DNA from: Thalassobaculaceae bacterium
GTDB lineage: Bacteria > Pseudomonadota > Alphaproteobacteria > Thalassobaculales > Thalassobaculaceae
NCBI GenBank assembly: GCA_965228875.1
Contig: OZ245843.1
Location: 4,570,616 to 4,634,615, forward strand
DNA length: 64,000 bases
Reading direction: 5' to 3'
Under the pieces are notes generated by a model that was not told where the DNA came from, did no database searches, and was given only the letters and a program-made list of their open reading frames with translations. A program made the position numbers and the translations under genes. Position 1 is the stretch's first letter. Every line of letters starts with the position of its first letter. Below are positions 8,853 to 18,133 of the stretch, piece by piece.

Positions 8853-10301
8853 TCAAACGCTTTCCCGCGTCTCGAACACCATCGGCGCCATCTGGTCCAC
8901 ATCCCGCCCGGCCCAGTCGCGGCTCGGGATGCTGGAGAAGGAGCGCTCCTGCGCCGCCTGCAGCTCGGTCAGCGCGGAGCGAAGGTCGATGGTCGTCACC
9001 TCGCCATCCTCGACCACCTGGCGGCCGTCGACGAAGACGTCGCGGATGCCGCGGTCGGTCGAGGCGTAGATCAGCGAACGGATAGGCTCGCGCACCGGCA
9101 TCATCGAGGGCGCCGTCAGGTCGACGCAGACCAGGTCGGCGCGGCAACCGACGGCCAGCTTGCCGATATCGTCGCGGCGCAGCGCCCGCGCACCGCCGAC
9201 GGTGGCGGCGTTGAAGATGTCGGAGGTGTTCAGGTCGTCGACCGTCTCGGCGATGGTGCGCGCGACCGTGGCGACGTTGCGCATCTCCTCCAGGAAGTTA
9301 TGCGGATAGGTGTCGGTGCCGATGCCCATGTTGATGCCCTCGCGCACATAGCCGCCGAAGGTGCGGAGCGTGATGCCGCGGCGCATGAACACGGTCGGGC
9401 AGTGGGCGACGGTGGTGCTGCTGTCGGCCAGCAGGCGCAGGTCCTCGCGGGTCGACCAGTGCACCCAGGGGTGATGGTCGAGGAAGATGCCGTGGCCGAT
9501 GATCGCATGCTCGCCCAGCACGCCGATATCGCTCATCCACTGTACCGGCGTGCGGCCGTGGCGGCGGATCATCTCCTGGAACTCGTTGACCGACTGGGCG
9601 GCGTGGGTCTGCCAGGGCAGGTTCTTCTCCTGGGCGTAGTCGTAGCTGTCGCGCAGCAGGTCGGCCGAGCAGGTGTCGATCTGCGCCGGCGCCATCATGC
9701 CCATCAGGCGGCCCGAGGGATGCTGGTTGGCGAGGTCGATGGTCCGCATCGCCTTCTCGAACCCGGCGCGGCCGCCACCGCTCTCGTCCCAGTCGTACTG
9801 AAGCTGGTGGCCGTCATTGGTGTACCACTTGGCGTCCTTGAACATCGGCGCGACACAGGCGCGGATCCCGCATTCCGCCAGCACGTCGAGCCAAGCGTCG
9901 AACGGGAAGGAATAGTCGACGACCGTGGTGACGCCGCTGGTCAGCAGCTCGGCCATGGCGACCCGCAGACTGGCGGCCAGTCCGGCTGGGTCGTTCTCGA
10001 AGATCGTCAGGAACTCGTAGAGCGAGGAGTGGAAGAAGCCGGGGCTGCGGATCTCGTCGGTCACGCCCTTGCGCAGCGGTTCGCTGGTCGGGTGGGAATG
10101 GATGTTGACCAGGCCGGGCATGACCATGCGGTCGGAACCGTCCATCTCGGCCTCGACCTCGCCGGTGAAACGGCCGCCGACCTGGGTCACCACGCCGTCG
10201 CAGAAGGCAACGTCGCCACCCTTCAGGTAGACGTGACGGCTCTCCTTGGCGTCCCAGGCGACGATCCAGGCGGCATTGCGGATCACTGTGGTACCGGTCA
10301 T
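8853..10301 (-). CDS. Metal-dependent amidohydrolase (deaminase/chlorohydrolase-like)
   Basis: PGLVNIHSH (HxH), SGVTT, QTHAAQS, IGHGI, VAHCP, GIGTD, GKLAVGCRADL. Confidence 0.88.
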   Translation of the reverse strand: MTGTTVIRNAAWIVAWDAKESRHVYLKGGDVAFCDGVVTQVGGRFTGEVEAEMDGSDRMVMPGLVNIHSHPTSEPLRKGVTDEIRSPGFFHSSLYEFLTIFENDPAGLAASLRVAMAELLTSGVTTVVDYSFPFDAWLDVLAECGIRACVAPMFKDAKWYTNDGHQLQYDWDESGGGRAGFEKAMRTIDLANQHPSGRLMGMMAPAQIDTCSADLLRDSYDYAQEKNLPWQTHAAQSVNEFQEMIRRHGRTPVQWMSDIGVLGEHAIIGHGIFLDHHPWVHWSTREDLRLLADSSTTVAHCPTVFMRRGITLRTFGGYVREGINMGIGTDTYPHNFLEEMRNVATVARTIAETVDDLNTSDIFNAATVGGARALRRDDIGKLAVGCRADLVCVDLTAPSMMPVREPIRSLIYASTDRGIRDVFVDGRQVVEDGEVTTIDLRSALTELQAAQERSFSSIPSRDWAGRDVDQMAPMVFETRESV

Positions 10302-10506
10302 GGCGGGCTCCATTCTTGTAGGCGCTCTTTGTCGGCGTTCGCGGCGTCGGCGGTGGCCGGCGGCGGCTGGCGGGTCCCCGACTCTAGCCTCAGATGCGGC
10401 GGTGCGGAAAGACCCGCAGATGGCGCGGCGGCGATGCGCACCTCCGTATCGTGATTACAGGCGTTGACGCGGCGGGCAATCGTGGGAACGATCAGGACCT
10501 CCCAGA

Positions 10507-12651
10507 ATGCTGCACCGCAAAACCAAGGACCTGATGACCGCCATGGGCGCTACCTCGCACTCCGTCCGCCTCGCCGTCGATGTCGGCGGCACCTTCACTG
10601 ACGTTGCCCTGGAGATCGGGGACCCGGGTGCCGGTGGCCGTCGCGTCACGTCGAAGGTGCTGACCACGCCGCGGGCCCCGGAGGAGGGCGTGATCGACGG
10701 CGTCGAGAAGGCGGTGGCCGAGGCCGGGATTGCGCCGGCCGACGTCACCCTGATCATTCACGGCACGACGCTGGCCACCAATGCGCTGATCGAGCGCAAG
10801 GGGGCGAAGACGGCGCTGATCACGACCGAGGGGCACCGCGACGCCGTCGAGATGGCGCAGGAGAACCGGTTCGAGCAATACGACATCAACATCGACCGGC
10901 CGGACCCGATCGTGCCGCGTTATCTGCGCTGGTCGGTGCGCGAGCGCATGAATTATCGCGGCGAGGTGCTGGTGCCGCTCGACGAGGACAGCGTGCGCGC
11001 CCTGATCCCGCAGCTCGAGGAGCACGGCATCGAGGCGGTGGCGATCGGGCTGCTGCACTCATACGCCAACGGCGCGCACGAGAAGCGGGTCGCCGAGATC
11101 ATCGCCGAGGCCCGGCCCGACCTCGCGGTCACGCTGTCCTGCGAGGTGTGTCCGGAGATCCGCGAGTACGAGCGCCAGTCGACGGCGTCCGCCAGCGCCT
11201 ATGTCCAGCCGAAGATGGCCGGTTACCTGCGTAAGCTGGAGGGCGAGATGCGGAGCCGGGGCTATGCCTGCCCGTTCCTGCTGATGACTTCCGGCGGCGG
11301 CCTGACCGATCTCGACACCGCCGTTCGGTTCCCCATCCGGCTCGTCGAGTCGGGCCCGGCGGGCGGCGCCATCCTGGCTACCGAGATCGCCAAGGAATGC
11401 GGCCTGGCCAACGTGGTCTCCTACGACATGGGCGGCACGACGGCGAAGATCTGCCTGATCGACGACTACGCGCCGCAGATGACCCGGACCTTCGAGGTCG
11501 CCCGCGTGTACCGCAACATGAAGGGCAGCGGCCTGCCGGTGCGCATCCCGGCGATCGAGATGGTCGAGATCGGTGCGGGCGGCGGCTCCATCGCCCATGT
11601 CGACACCATGGGCCGCCTGCAGGTCGGCCCCGAAAGCGCCGGTTCCGAGCCCGGACCGGCGTGCTATGGCCGCGGCGGCGCGCATCCGACGGTGACCGAC
11701 GGTGACGTGGTCATGGGCAAGGTCGACCCGGCCCGGTTTGCCGGCGGGTCCGTGAAGCTCGACATCGATGCCTCGGCGAAGGCCGTCGCCGACGACGTCG
11801 GCGCGCCGATGAACCTTGAAGGCCGGCTGGCCGCCTTCGCGCTGGCCGAGATCGTCGACGAGAACATGGCCAACGCCGCCCGCGTCCATGCCATCGAATG
11901 GGGCAAGGACATTTCGGCCCGCGCCATGATCGCCTTCGGCGGTGCCGCCCCGCTGCACGCCGCCCGGCTGGCGGAGAAGCTGGACATCGACACCATCGTG
12001 GTGCCGACGGGCGCCGGCGTCGGCTCGGCCATCGGCTTCCTGCGCGCGCCGGTCTCCTACGAGGTGGTGCGCAGCCGCTACCTGCTGCTGGCCGACTACG
12101 ATGCTGCCTCGGTCAACGCCCTGCTGTCGGAGATGGCGGCCGAGGCGCGCGCCATCGTTTCAGCGGCGGCGGCTGGGGCGGAACTGACTGAAACCCGTGT
12201 CGCCTACATGCGGTATTCCGGCCAGGGGCACGAGATCACCGTGCCGCTGCCCGAGGGTGCGCTGACCGCCGCCGACGGCGATGCCATCCGCGCCTCCTTC
12301 GAGGCGGAATACGCCAAGTTGTACGGCCGCACGATCCCGGATGTGGAGCCTGAGATCCTGTCCTGGACCCTGACCGTCGCCGCGCCGATCGCACCGGCGC
12401 CGGCAACCACCGGCGGGACGGCCGCCGGCGTCGCCGCGACGCCGATCGACAGCCGCACGGTCTTCGATCCCGACCTTCAGCGCGACACCGACTATGCGAT
12501 CCACGCCCGCGCCGACCTCGCGCCCGGCATGACCGTCGCCGGACCCGCGCTGATCGTCGAGGATCAGACGACGACCGTTGTGACCTCGACCTTCGACGCG
12601 TCGGTCGACGGCCTTGGCTACCTGATCCTGACCGCCCGGCACGCGGCCTGA
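10507..12651 (+). CDS. Hydantoinase A / 5-oxoprolinase family subunit
   Basis: DVGGTFTD, HGTTLATNALIERKG, ESGPAGG, DMGGTT, GPESAGSEPGPACYGRGG. The start may be 10534 or 10543. Confidence 0.93.
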   Translation: MLHRKTKDLMTAMGATSHSVRLAVDVGGTFTDVALEIGDPGAGGRRVTSKVLTTPRAPEEGVIDGVEKAVAEAGIAPADVTLIIHGTTLATNALIERKGAKTALITTEGHRDAVEMAQENRFEQYDINIDRPDPIVPRYLRWSVRERMNYRGEVLVPLDEDSVRALIPQLEEHGIEAVAIGLLHSYANGAHEKRVAEIIAEARPDLAVTLSCEVCPEIREYERQSTASASAYVQPKMAGYLRKLEGEMRSRGYACPFLLMTSGGGLTDLDTAVRFPIRLVESGPAGGAILATEIAKECGLANVVSYDMGGTTAKICLIDDYAPQMTRTFEVARVYRNMKGSGLPVRIPAIEMVEIGAGGGSIAHVDTMGRLQVGPESAGSEPGPACYGRGGAHPTVTDGDVVMGKVDPARFAGGSVKLDIDASAKAVADDVGAPMNLEGRLAAFALAEIVDENMANAARVHAIEWGKDISARAMIAFGGAAPLHAARLAEKLDIDTIVVPTGAGVGSAIGFLRAPVSYEVVRSRYLLLADYDAASVNALLSEMAAEARAIVSAAAAGAELTETRVAYMRYSGQGHEITVPLPEGALTAADGDAIRASFEAEYAKLYGRTIPDVEPEILSWTLTVAAPIAPAPATTGGTAAGVAATPIDSRTVFDPDLQRDTDYAIHARADLAPGMTVAGPALIVEDQTTTVVTSTFDASVDGLGYLILTARHAA

Positions 12652-12662
12652 GGAGAGAGACG

Positions 12663-14372
12663 ATGAGCAGCAAGACCCAGAGCGCGAACCGATCCGCCCT
12701 CGACCAGATCCACATCCAGATCCAGTGGAACCGGTTGCTTTCCGTCGTGGAGGAACAGGCACAGGTCCTTGTCCGCACGGCCTTCTCGACCTCGGCGCGC
12801 GAGGCCGGGGACATTTCCGCCGGCGTCTTCGACCCGGCCGGGCGCATGCTGGCCCAGGCGGTCACCGGAACGCCCGGTCATGTCAACGCCATGGCGGCCT
12901 CGGTCGGCTTCTTCCTCGAGGAGTTCCCGATCGACACTATGAAGGACGGCGACGTCTACATGACCAACGACCCGTGGAAGGGGACCGGGCACCTGAACGA
13001 CATCACCGTCGTCACCCCGACCTTTCTCGACGACAAGCCGGTCGGCCTGTTTGCCTGCACGACCCATGTCGTCGATGTCGGCGGCCGGGGTTTCGGTCCC
13101 GACGGCCGGCAGGTCTACGAGGAAGGGATCAACGTTCCGATCATGCCGCTGGCCCGCGAGGGCGTGGTGGACCGCGGCCTGCTCAACCTCATCAAGGTCA
13201 ACGTCCGCAATCCGATCGAGGTCGAGGGCGACATCTACTCTCTGATGGCCTGCAATGAGGTCGGCGGGCGCCGGCTGGTGGAGATGATGCGGGAGTTCGG
13301 GTTGACCGATCTCGGCGAGCTCGGCCGTCACATCATCGAGAGCAGCCGGGCCGGCATGCTCGAGGAGATCGCCAAGCTGCCGAAGGGCACCTACCGCAAC
13401 ACGATGCGGATCGACGGTTTCGAGAACGAGGTCGACCTGGTGGGCGCGCTGACCGTGTCCGAGGAGGGCATCGACATCGACTTCACCGGCACCTCGGGGA
13501 CGTCGCGGTTCGGCATCAACGTCCCGCTGACCTACACCCAGGCCTACGCCACCTTCGGCGTGCGCTGCGTGATCGGCGGATCGATTCCGAACAACGCCGG
13601 CTCCCTCGGCGTGATCCGGGTGTGGTCTCCCGAGGGCACGATCCTGAACGCGCCGCCGCCCTGCGCCGTCGCCGCCCGCCATGTCATCGGCCAGATGCTG
13701 CCGGACGTGATGCTCGGTTGCCTGAGCCAGATCATCCCCGACCGGGTGCCCGCGGAAGGCACGAGCTGCCTGTGGAATCCGGTCCTGCTCGGCGGCCGGG
13801 GCATCGTCGACGGCGACTACGGCGACAGCAAGCCGTTCGCCATGAACACCTTCCATACCGGTGGCACCGGCGCGCGGCCGGGCAAGGACGGCCTGAACGC
13901 CACCGCCTTCCCCTCGGGCGTGCGCAACACGCCGGTGGAGGTGAACGAGACGATCGCCCCGCTGATCTTCTGGAAGAAGGAGTACCGGACGGATTCCGGC
14001 GGTGCAGGCACCCATCGCGGCGGCACCGGTCAGGTGATGGAGATCACCCATGCCGACGGGCGGCCGTTCGCCATCTCCTCGATGTTCGACCGGGTGATCC
14101 ATCCGCCGCGCGGCCGCAACGGCGGCGCCAACGGCATGACCGGCAAGCTCTACCTGAAGTCGGGGACGGCGCTCCAGGGTAAGGGGCGGCAGACCATTCC
14201 CGGCGGCGACAGCGTTATCCTGGAGATGCCGGGCGGCGGTGGTCTCGGCGATCCGGGGGGCCGGGATCCGCATCGTCTTGCGATCGACGTACGCGACGGC
14301 TTCGTGAGCGCCGAACAGGCGCGCGCGGTCTATGGCTGGACGGATCCGCAGGCGGCGGGGGAGGGCGACTGA
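12663..14372 (+). CDS. Hydantoinase B / 5-oxoprolinase family subunit
   Basis: RTAFSTSARE, GTPGH, NDPWKGTGHLND, HVVDVGG, DSGGAGTHRGG, PGGGGLGDP; 11 bp after the A subunit. Confidence 0.93.
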   Translation: MSSKTQSANRSALDQIHIQIQWNRLLSVVEEQAQVLVRTAFSTSAREAGDISAGVFDPAGRMLAQAVTGTPGHVNAMAASVGFFLEEFPIDTMKDGDVYMTNDPWKGTGHLNDITVVTPTFLDDKPVGLFACTTHVVDVGGRGFGPDGRQVYEEGINVPIMPLAREGVVDRGLLNLIKVNVRNPIEVEGDIYSLMACNEVGGRRLVEMMREFGLTDLGELGRHIIESSRAGMLEEIAKLPKGTYRNTMRIDGFENEVDLVGALTVSEEGIDIDFTGTSGTSRFGINVPLTYTQAYATFGVRCVIGGSIPNNAGSLGVIRVWSPEGTILNAPPPCAVAARHVIGQMLPDVMLGCLSQIIPDRVPAEGTSCLWNPVLLGGRGIVDGDYGDSKPFAMNTFHTGGTGARPGKDGLNATAFPSGVRNTPVEVNETIAPLIFWKKEYRTDSGGAGTHRGGTGQVMEITHADGRPFAISSMFDRVIHPPRGRNGGANGMTGKLYLKSGTALQGKGRQTIPGGDSVILEMPGGGGLGDPGGRDPHRLAIDVRDGFVSAEQARAVYGWTDPQAAGEGD

Positions 14373-14460
14373 CGTCCGACTAAGGACTTGTGCGCAACCG
14401 GATTTCTATGGTTAACGCATAGGGATGACGCTCTGGTGAGGGTGTCGCGGCGGAGCAGTC

Positions 14461-14856
14461 ATGGCCGAACTCGAATGGACGTACGACCCGGAGCGGCGCT
14501 TCTTCCATGTGCGTTTTTTCGGCGTGGTCGGGCTGGACGCGTTGGATCAGACTCGGGAAATCCGCCGGACGATCGATGTGGAACTCGGCCGGGTCCGCTG
14601 CCTCTACGATGCGCGCGACAGCGATATGAGCGAGCTCACCGCTGACGCGTTCAAGTCTCTTGAAGCGGTGCGAGTGGCACGGTTCAGAAGCGCCGCCGAC
14701 CGCGCGGCAGGTCTCGTGCGGAACGAAACCGACCTTGGAATCGTCAAGCTGTGGTCAATGTACCGCAACCACTCGGCGCCAGGGTCGACCGCGGCCTTCC
14801 TGTCCGAGCGCGAGGCCATGGCCTGGCTGTTCTCCGACGAAGAGCGGGAAGGCTGA
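14461..14856 (+). CDS. Hypothetical protein (SpoIIAA/STAS-SEC14-like)
   Basis: 131 aa, GGAG ribosome-binding site; pattern LYDARD...AAGLV...FLSEREAMAWL. Confidence 0.55.
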   Translation: MAELEWTYDPERRFFHVRFFGVVGLDALDQTREIRRTIDVELGRVRCLYDARDSDMSELTADAFKSLEAVRVARFRSAADRAAGLVRNETDLGIVKLWSMYRNHSAPGSTAAFLSEREAMAWLFSDEEREG

Positions 14857-14857
14857 T

Positions 14858-14882
14858 CCGGTACGGGTGCCGCCCGTACCGG
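14858..14882. terminator. Hairpin between convergent genes (possible bidirectional terminator)
   Basis: CCGGTACGGG-tgccg-CCCGTACCGG perfect 10-bp stem; no U-tract. Confidence 0.5.
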
Positions 14883-14884
14883 CA

Positions 14885-15136
14885 TCATACAACGATGTTC
14901 AGGATCGACCCCCTCGGCGCGTTGGGGTTGAGCTGACGGACCTGCTCCGCCGTCCGCTCCAGATCGAACTGGCGCCGGTCGACCTCGTCGAGCGGCTCGG
15001 CGAAGACCGATTCCAGCCTGTCGTCGCCGGTCCGTGTCGCCCGTCCGTCGCCTCGCCGCTCCGGGGCCTCGGCGACCGTGCCGCGTTGCCCGTCCAGCGG
15101 GGGAAGAACCGGAAGTCCCGTGGGGCCGATCGCCAT
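14885..15136 (-). CDS. Small hypothetical protein ending RGSILNIVV
   Basis: 83 aa; AAGGGGAG ribosome-binding site upstream of ATG; GC-rich third positions. Confidence 0.65.
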   Translation of the reverse strand: MAIGPTGLPVLPPLDGQRGTVAEAPERRGDGRATRTGDDRLESVFAEPLDEVDRRQFDLERTAEQVRQLNPNAPRGSILNIVV

Positions 15137-15319
15137 GACCGCTACTCCCCTTGCATCTCTCTCCGAATCGACGCTCTCGTGAGCGTTCTTGACCTCAGTT
15201 AATCACATTTACAGATAATTTTATATAAAATTCGTATTGTTGGTGTGACTCAATGAGCCACTCCGCTCCAATCTCGCGGAGTTCCATTTATACTATTGAT
15301 TTCAGTATATTTTTTTCGA

Positions 15320-15559
15320 TCAGGCGAGGATGTCGACGACCTTGCCGATGGCCCGGCTTTGGGCGGCCTGGCCGGTGCTGCGCGTGTACTCCGCGCGCTC
15401 CTGCGCACTGAGCTCGGCGATCTCTCCGAGCGGCCGGACGGTGACGAGAGGGCGCTGGCTCGGTTCCGACCGCGCGCCACTGCCGTCGCCGGCGATGCGG
15501 ACCTTGTCCGCGCTGGCGATTTTCGAGTCGAAGATGGGGGCGAGCAACCCGTCGATCAT
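15320..15559 (-). CDS. Small hypothetical protein ending IGKVVDILA
   Basis: 79 aa; C-terminal motif resembles that of the adjacent small gene. Confidence 0.6.
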   Translation of the reverse strand: MIDGLLAPIFDSKIASADKVRIAGDGSGARSEPSQRPLVTVRPLGEIAELSAQERAEYTRSTGQAAQSRAIGKVVDILA

Positions 15560-15705
15560 GGCCTGTCCAAGCCGGCAGTCGAAACAGGGTTACTATGCCT
15601 TAACCAAGGGGCGGGGGCAAACAGCGCTCGGCCCGGCCCGTGCCGGTCCGCGGTCCCGGCGCGCGTTGGGGAGCGAACCGGAGCGCGAACCGGGAGAGGG
15701 ACGGC

Positions 15706-15960
15706 TCAGCGGGAGCGGTCGTCTTCCGGCGGCAGCAGCTTGTCGCGGAACCGCCGGGCGTAGCCGAGCGGATCGTCGGCGAAGCGGCCGTCGGCCGAGG
15801 CGTCGCGAGCGGTCTCGACGATGTGGCGGCCGGCATTCTCAATCGTCGGTCGGGCGCGGCGCGCGGCCTCGCTCGCGATTTCCGTCGCCTTGGCGCGCAC
15901 TCTGGGATCCTGGGCCGCGCGCCGCGCGGCTTCCGTCATCAGGCGGGTCAGCAGGCTCAT
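15706..15960 (-). CDS. Small hypothetical protein
   Basis: MSLLTRLMTEAARRAAQDP..., GGAGG site; ATGA overlap with the aminotransferase stop. Confidence 0.7.
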   Translation of the reverse strand: MSLLTRLMTEAARRAAQDPRVRAKATEIASEAARRARPTIENAGRHIVETARDASADGRFADDPLGYARRFRDKLLPPEDDRSR

Positions 15961-17285
15961 GCCACCTCCTCCTCCGCGAGCGCGGCCTCGATCACCGGCC
16001 GCCGGCTGTCGAGGAACTCCTCGAACGCCGCCGCGAGAGCGTCGAACGCCGTCCGGTCCATCGGCAGCGACAGCACCATCATACCACGGCGCGCGGTGTA
16101 GATGCCGGCGGCGATCAGGTCCAGGTGCAGCAGGTCGATCAGCCGGCGGTTGCGTGCCGACGCTTCGGGCGGCGAGACCGGGGCGGTCGCTCCGGCGTGG
16201 ACCGCCATCATCGATCCGAGGCCGGTGATCGACAGCGGCAGCCCCCGGGTGTCGACCGCCGCCCGCAGGCGGGCGCGCATCGCGTCGCCGTCCGCGTTGA
16301 GCGCGACCGCGCGCTCCGGCGTGTAGACATGGGTCAGCCCGGCGAGGCCGGCGGACATGGTGAAGACGTTGTTGTTGAAAGTGCCGGCATGCGGCCAGGC
16401 GCCCGGCTCGCGCGGGTCGAAGCGGGAGAGGATATCGGCCCGTCCGCCGAACGCGCCGAAGCTGAGCCCGCCTCCCAGGTACTTCCCGAGGGTGATCAGG
16501 TCCGGTGTGATGCCGAGCTGACCGTGCAGTCCGGTCGGCGACAGTCGGGAGGTCATCACCTCGTCGAACACCAGAAGCGCGCCGGTCTCCGCCGTGGCGT
16601 CGCGCAGGGCCTGCAGGAATTCGGTCGAGCCCGGAAGGCAGCCACCGGAGCCGCACATCGGCTCGACCAGGACGGCAGCGAGCCGGTCGCCCTGTTCGCG
16701 GATCAGCGCGGCGCTGCCGGCGGCATCGTTGTAGTCGCCCATCACATAGTCGAACGGCGCGTTCAGCGGCGACCCAGAGAAGTACAGGACACCGCCGTGA
16801 TAGGCGCCCTTGAACACCATCACCCGGTCGCGCTCGGTGAAGGCGCGTGCGGTCGCCAGCGCCATCATGTTGGCCTCGGTGCCGGAATTGGTGAATCTCA
16901 CCCGCTCAAGCGCCGGGAACCGGTTCACCACCGCCTCGGCCATCCGCGCCTCCAGCAGGGTCGGCCCGCCCAGCACCCAGCCGTCGTCGGCCGCCTGTCG
17001 GATGGCCTCGCGAATCACCGGCTCGCTGTGGCCGTACAGACCGGCCGTGTACTCGCCGAGGAAGTCGACATAGGCGTGGCCGTCCACGTCCCAGAGCCTG
17101 CAGTCCTCGCCGCGGGCGAAGCGCAGCGGGAACGGATGGTAGTGCAGCACCGTGCGGGTGTTGCCGCCGGGCATGGTGGCGAGGGTCTGCTCCTGGATCG
17201 CCGCACTCTTCGAGTTGGCGGCGACGAACCGCTCGGCGGCCTCGCCATAGGCCGCCTCCAGCGTGGCGTTGCTCCGGGCGTCCAT
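15957..17285 (-). CDS. Class III PLP aminotransferase, beta-amino-acid transaminase-like
   Basis: MPGGNTRTVL, DFLGEYTAGLYGHS, RFTNSGTEAN, YHGGVL, FDEVMTSRL, TLGKYLGGG, HAGTFNNN. Confidence 0.85.
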   Translation of the reverse strand: MDARSNATLEAAYGEAAERFVAANSKSAAIQEQTLATMPGGNTRTVLHYHPFPLRFARGEDCRLWDVDGHAYVDFLGEYTAGLYGHSEPVIREAIRQAADDGWVLGGPTLLEARMAEAVVNRFPALERVRFTNSGTEANMMALATARAFTERDRVMVFKGAYHGGVLYFSGSPLNAPFDYVMGDYNDAAGSAALIREQGDRLAAVLVEPMCGSGGCLPGSTEFLQALRDATAETGALLVFDEVMTSRLSPTGLHGQLGITPDLITLGKYLGGGLSFGAFGGRADILSRFDPREPGAWPHAGTFNNNVFTMSAGLAGLTHVYTPERAVALNADGDAMRARLRAAVDTRGLPLSITGLGSMMAVHAGATAPVSPPEASARNRRLIDLLHLDLIAAGIYTARRGMMVLSLPMDRTAFDALAAAFEEFLDSRRPVIEAALAEEEVA

Positions 17286-17986
17286 CAGACCACTCCCGCC
17301 TTCGACGGGTCGCCGGCGGCATCGACCGCGCCGTATCCCATGGTTCCGAACTTGCGGCCGACCCGTTCGATCTCGTCGTCGGGCAGGATGACGGGCTTGC
17401 CGACCTGCAGGGTGCGCCAGTACATCGCCGCCAGGGTCTCGACCTCGACCGCCAGGGCCAGCGCCTTCTTCAGGTTGGGGCCGATGGCGATCATGCCGTG
17501 ATTAGCCAGCAGGCAGGCGCGCCGGTCCTTCAGCGCCTCAAGCGCGGTGTCGGACAGTTCCTGGGTCCCGAACGTGGCATAGTCGGAGCAGCGAATGGTC
17601 GGCCCGCCGGCTTGGGCGATCATGTAGTGAAAGGCGGGGATCTCCATCCGCAGACACGCCAGCGTGGTGGCGAACATGCCGTGGGTATGGACGATGGCGC
17701 CGCAATCCGGGCGCTCGCGCATGATGTCCAGGTGGAAGCGCCACTCGCTCGACGGCCGCCGGTTGGAACTGTGCGACCCGTCCAACTGCATGGTGACGAC
17801 ATCCTCCGGCGTGATCTCCTCGTAGGGAATCGCCGAAGGGGTGATGAAGAACCCGTCGCCGGGGTCGTCGGACACCCGCACGCTGGCATTGCCGGAGGTC
17901 CCCTGGTTGATGCCCAGCGCGTTCATCTTGATGCAGGTGTCGATGACCTGCTGGCGCAGGGCGCGTTCGGCGGCGGACATGGACAT
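17285..17986 (-). CDS. Class II aldolase/adducin family (FucA-like)
   Basis: GTSGNAS, PSSEWRFH, VHTH, HYMIA, YATFGTQELS, LANHG. Confidence 0.9.
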   Translation of the reverse strand: MSMSAAERALRQQVIDTCIKMNALGINQGTSGNASVRVSDDPGDGFFITPSAIPYEEITPEDVVTMQLDGSHSSNRRPSSEWRFHLDIMRERPDCGAIVHTHGMFATTLACLRMEIPAFHYMIAQAGGPTIRCSDYATFGTQELSDTALEALKDRRACLLANHGMIAIGPNLKKALALAVEVETLAAMYWRTLQVGKPVILPDDEIERVGRKFGTMGYGAVDAAGDPSKAGVV

Positions 17987-18133
17987 GGGGCGGCTCCGGA
18001 CGGTCGATCGGGAGCGGCAGTCTAGTCCCGCCGTCCGGAGCCGTCATCCCGTTCGCGGGTCACCGGCCCGACCCTTCGTTGACGATCGGTACCGCGTGAT
18101 GAATATACCCGATGCGCGGAGGAGAGTGTTGTC

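Noticed and set aside
6500..10454. Long plus-strand ORFs 6500..9085 and 8649..10454 (and similar ones such as 44390..46216)
   Set aside because: Antisense shadows of well-supported minus-strand genes, expected in high-GC DNA; no recognisable motifs
15195..15320. oriC or dif site in the AT-rich patch
   Set aside because: No DnaA boxes or XerC/XerD consensus recognisable, and no origin-associated genes nearby
15588..15606. Full CtrA box (also considered near 14410 and 15198)
   Set aside because: Only TTAAC half-sites; the second half or spacing does not fit TTAA-N7-TTAAC
15957..17285. Naming the aminotransferase hemL
   Set aside because: It has PGGNTRTVL rather than the HemL-type PGGVNSPVR; alphaproteobacteria generally use the ALA synthase route
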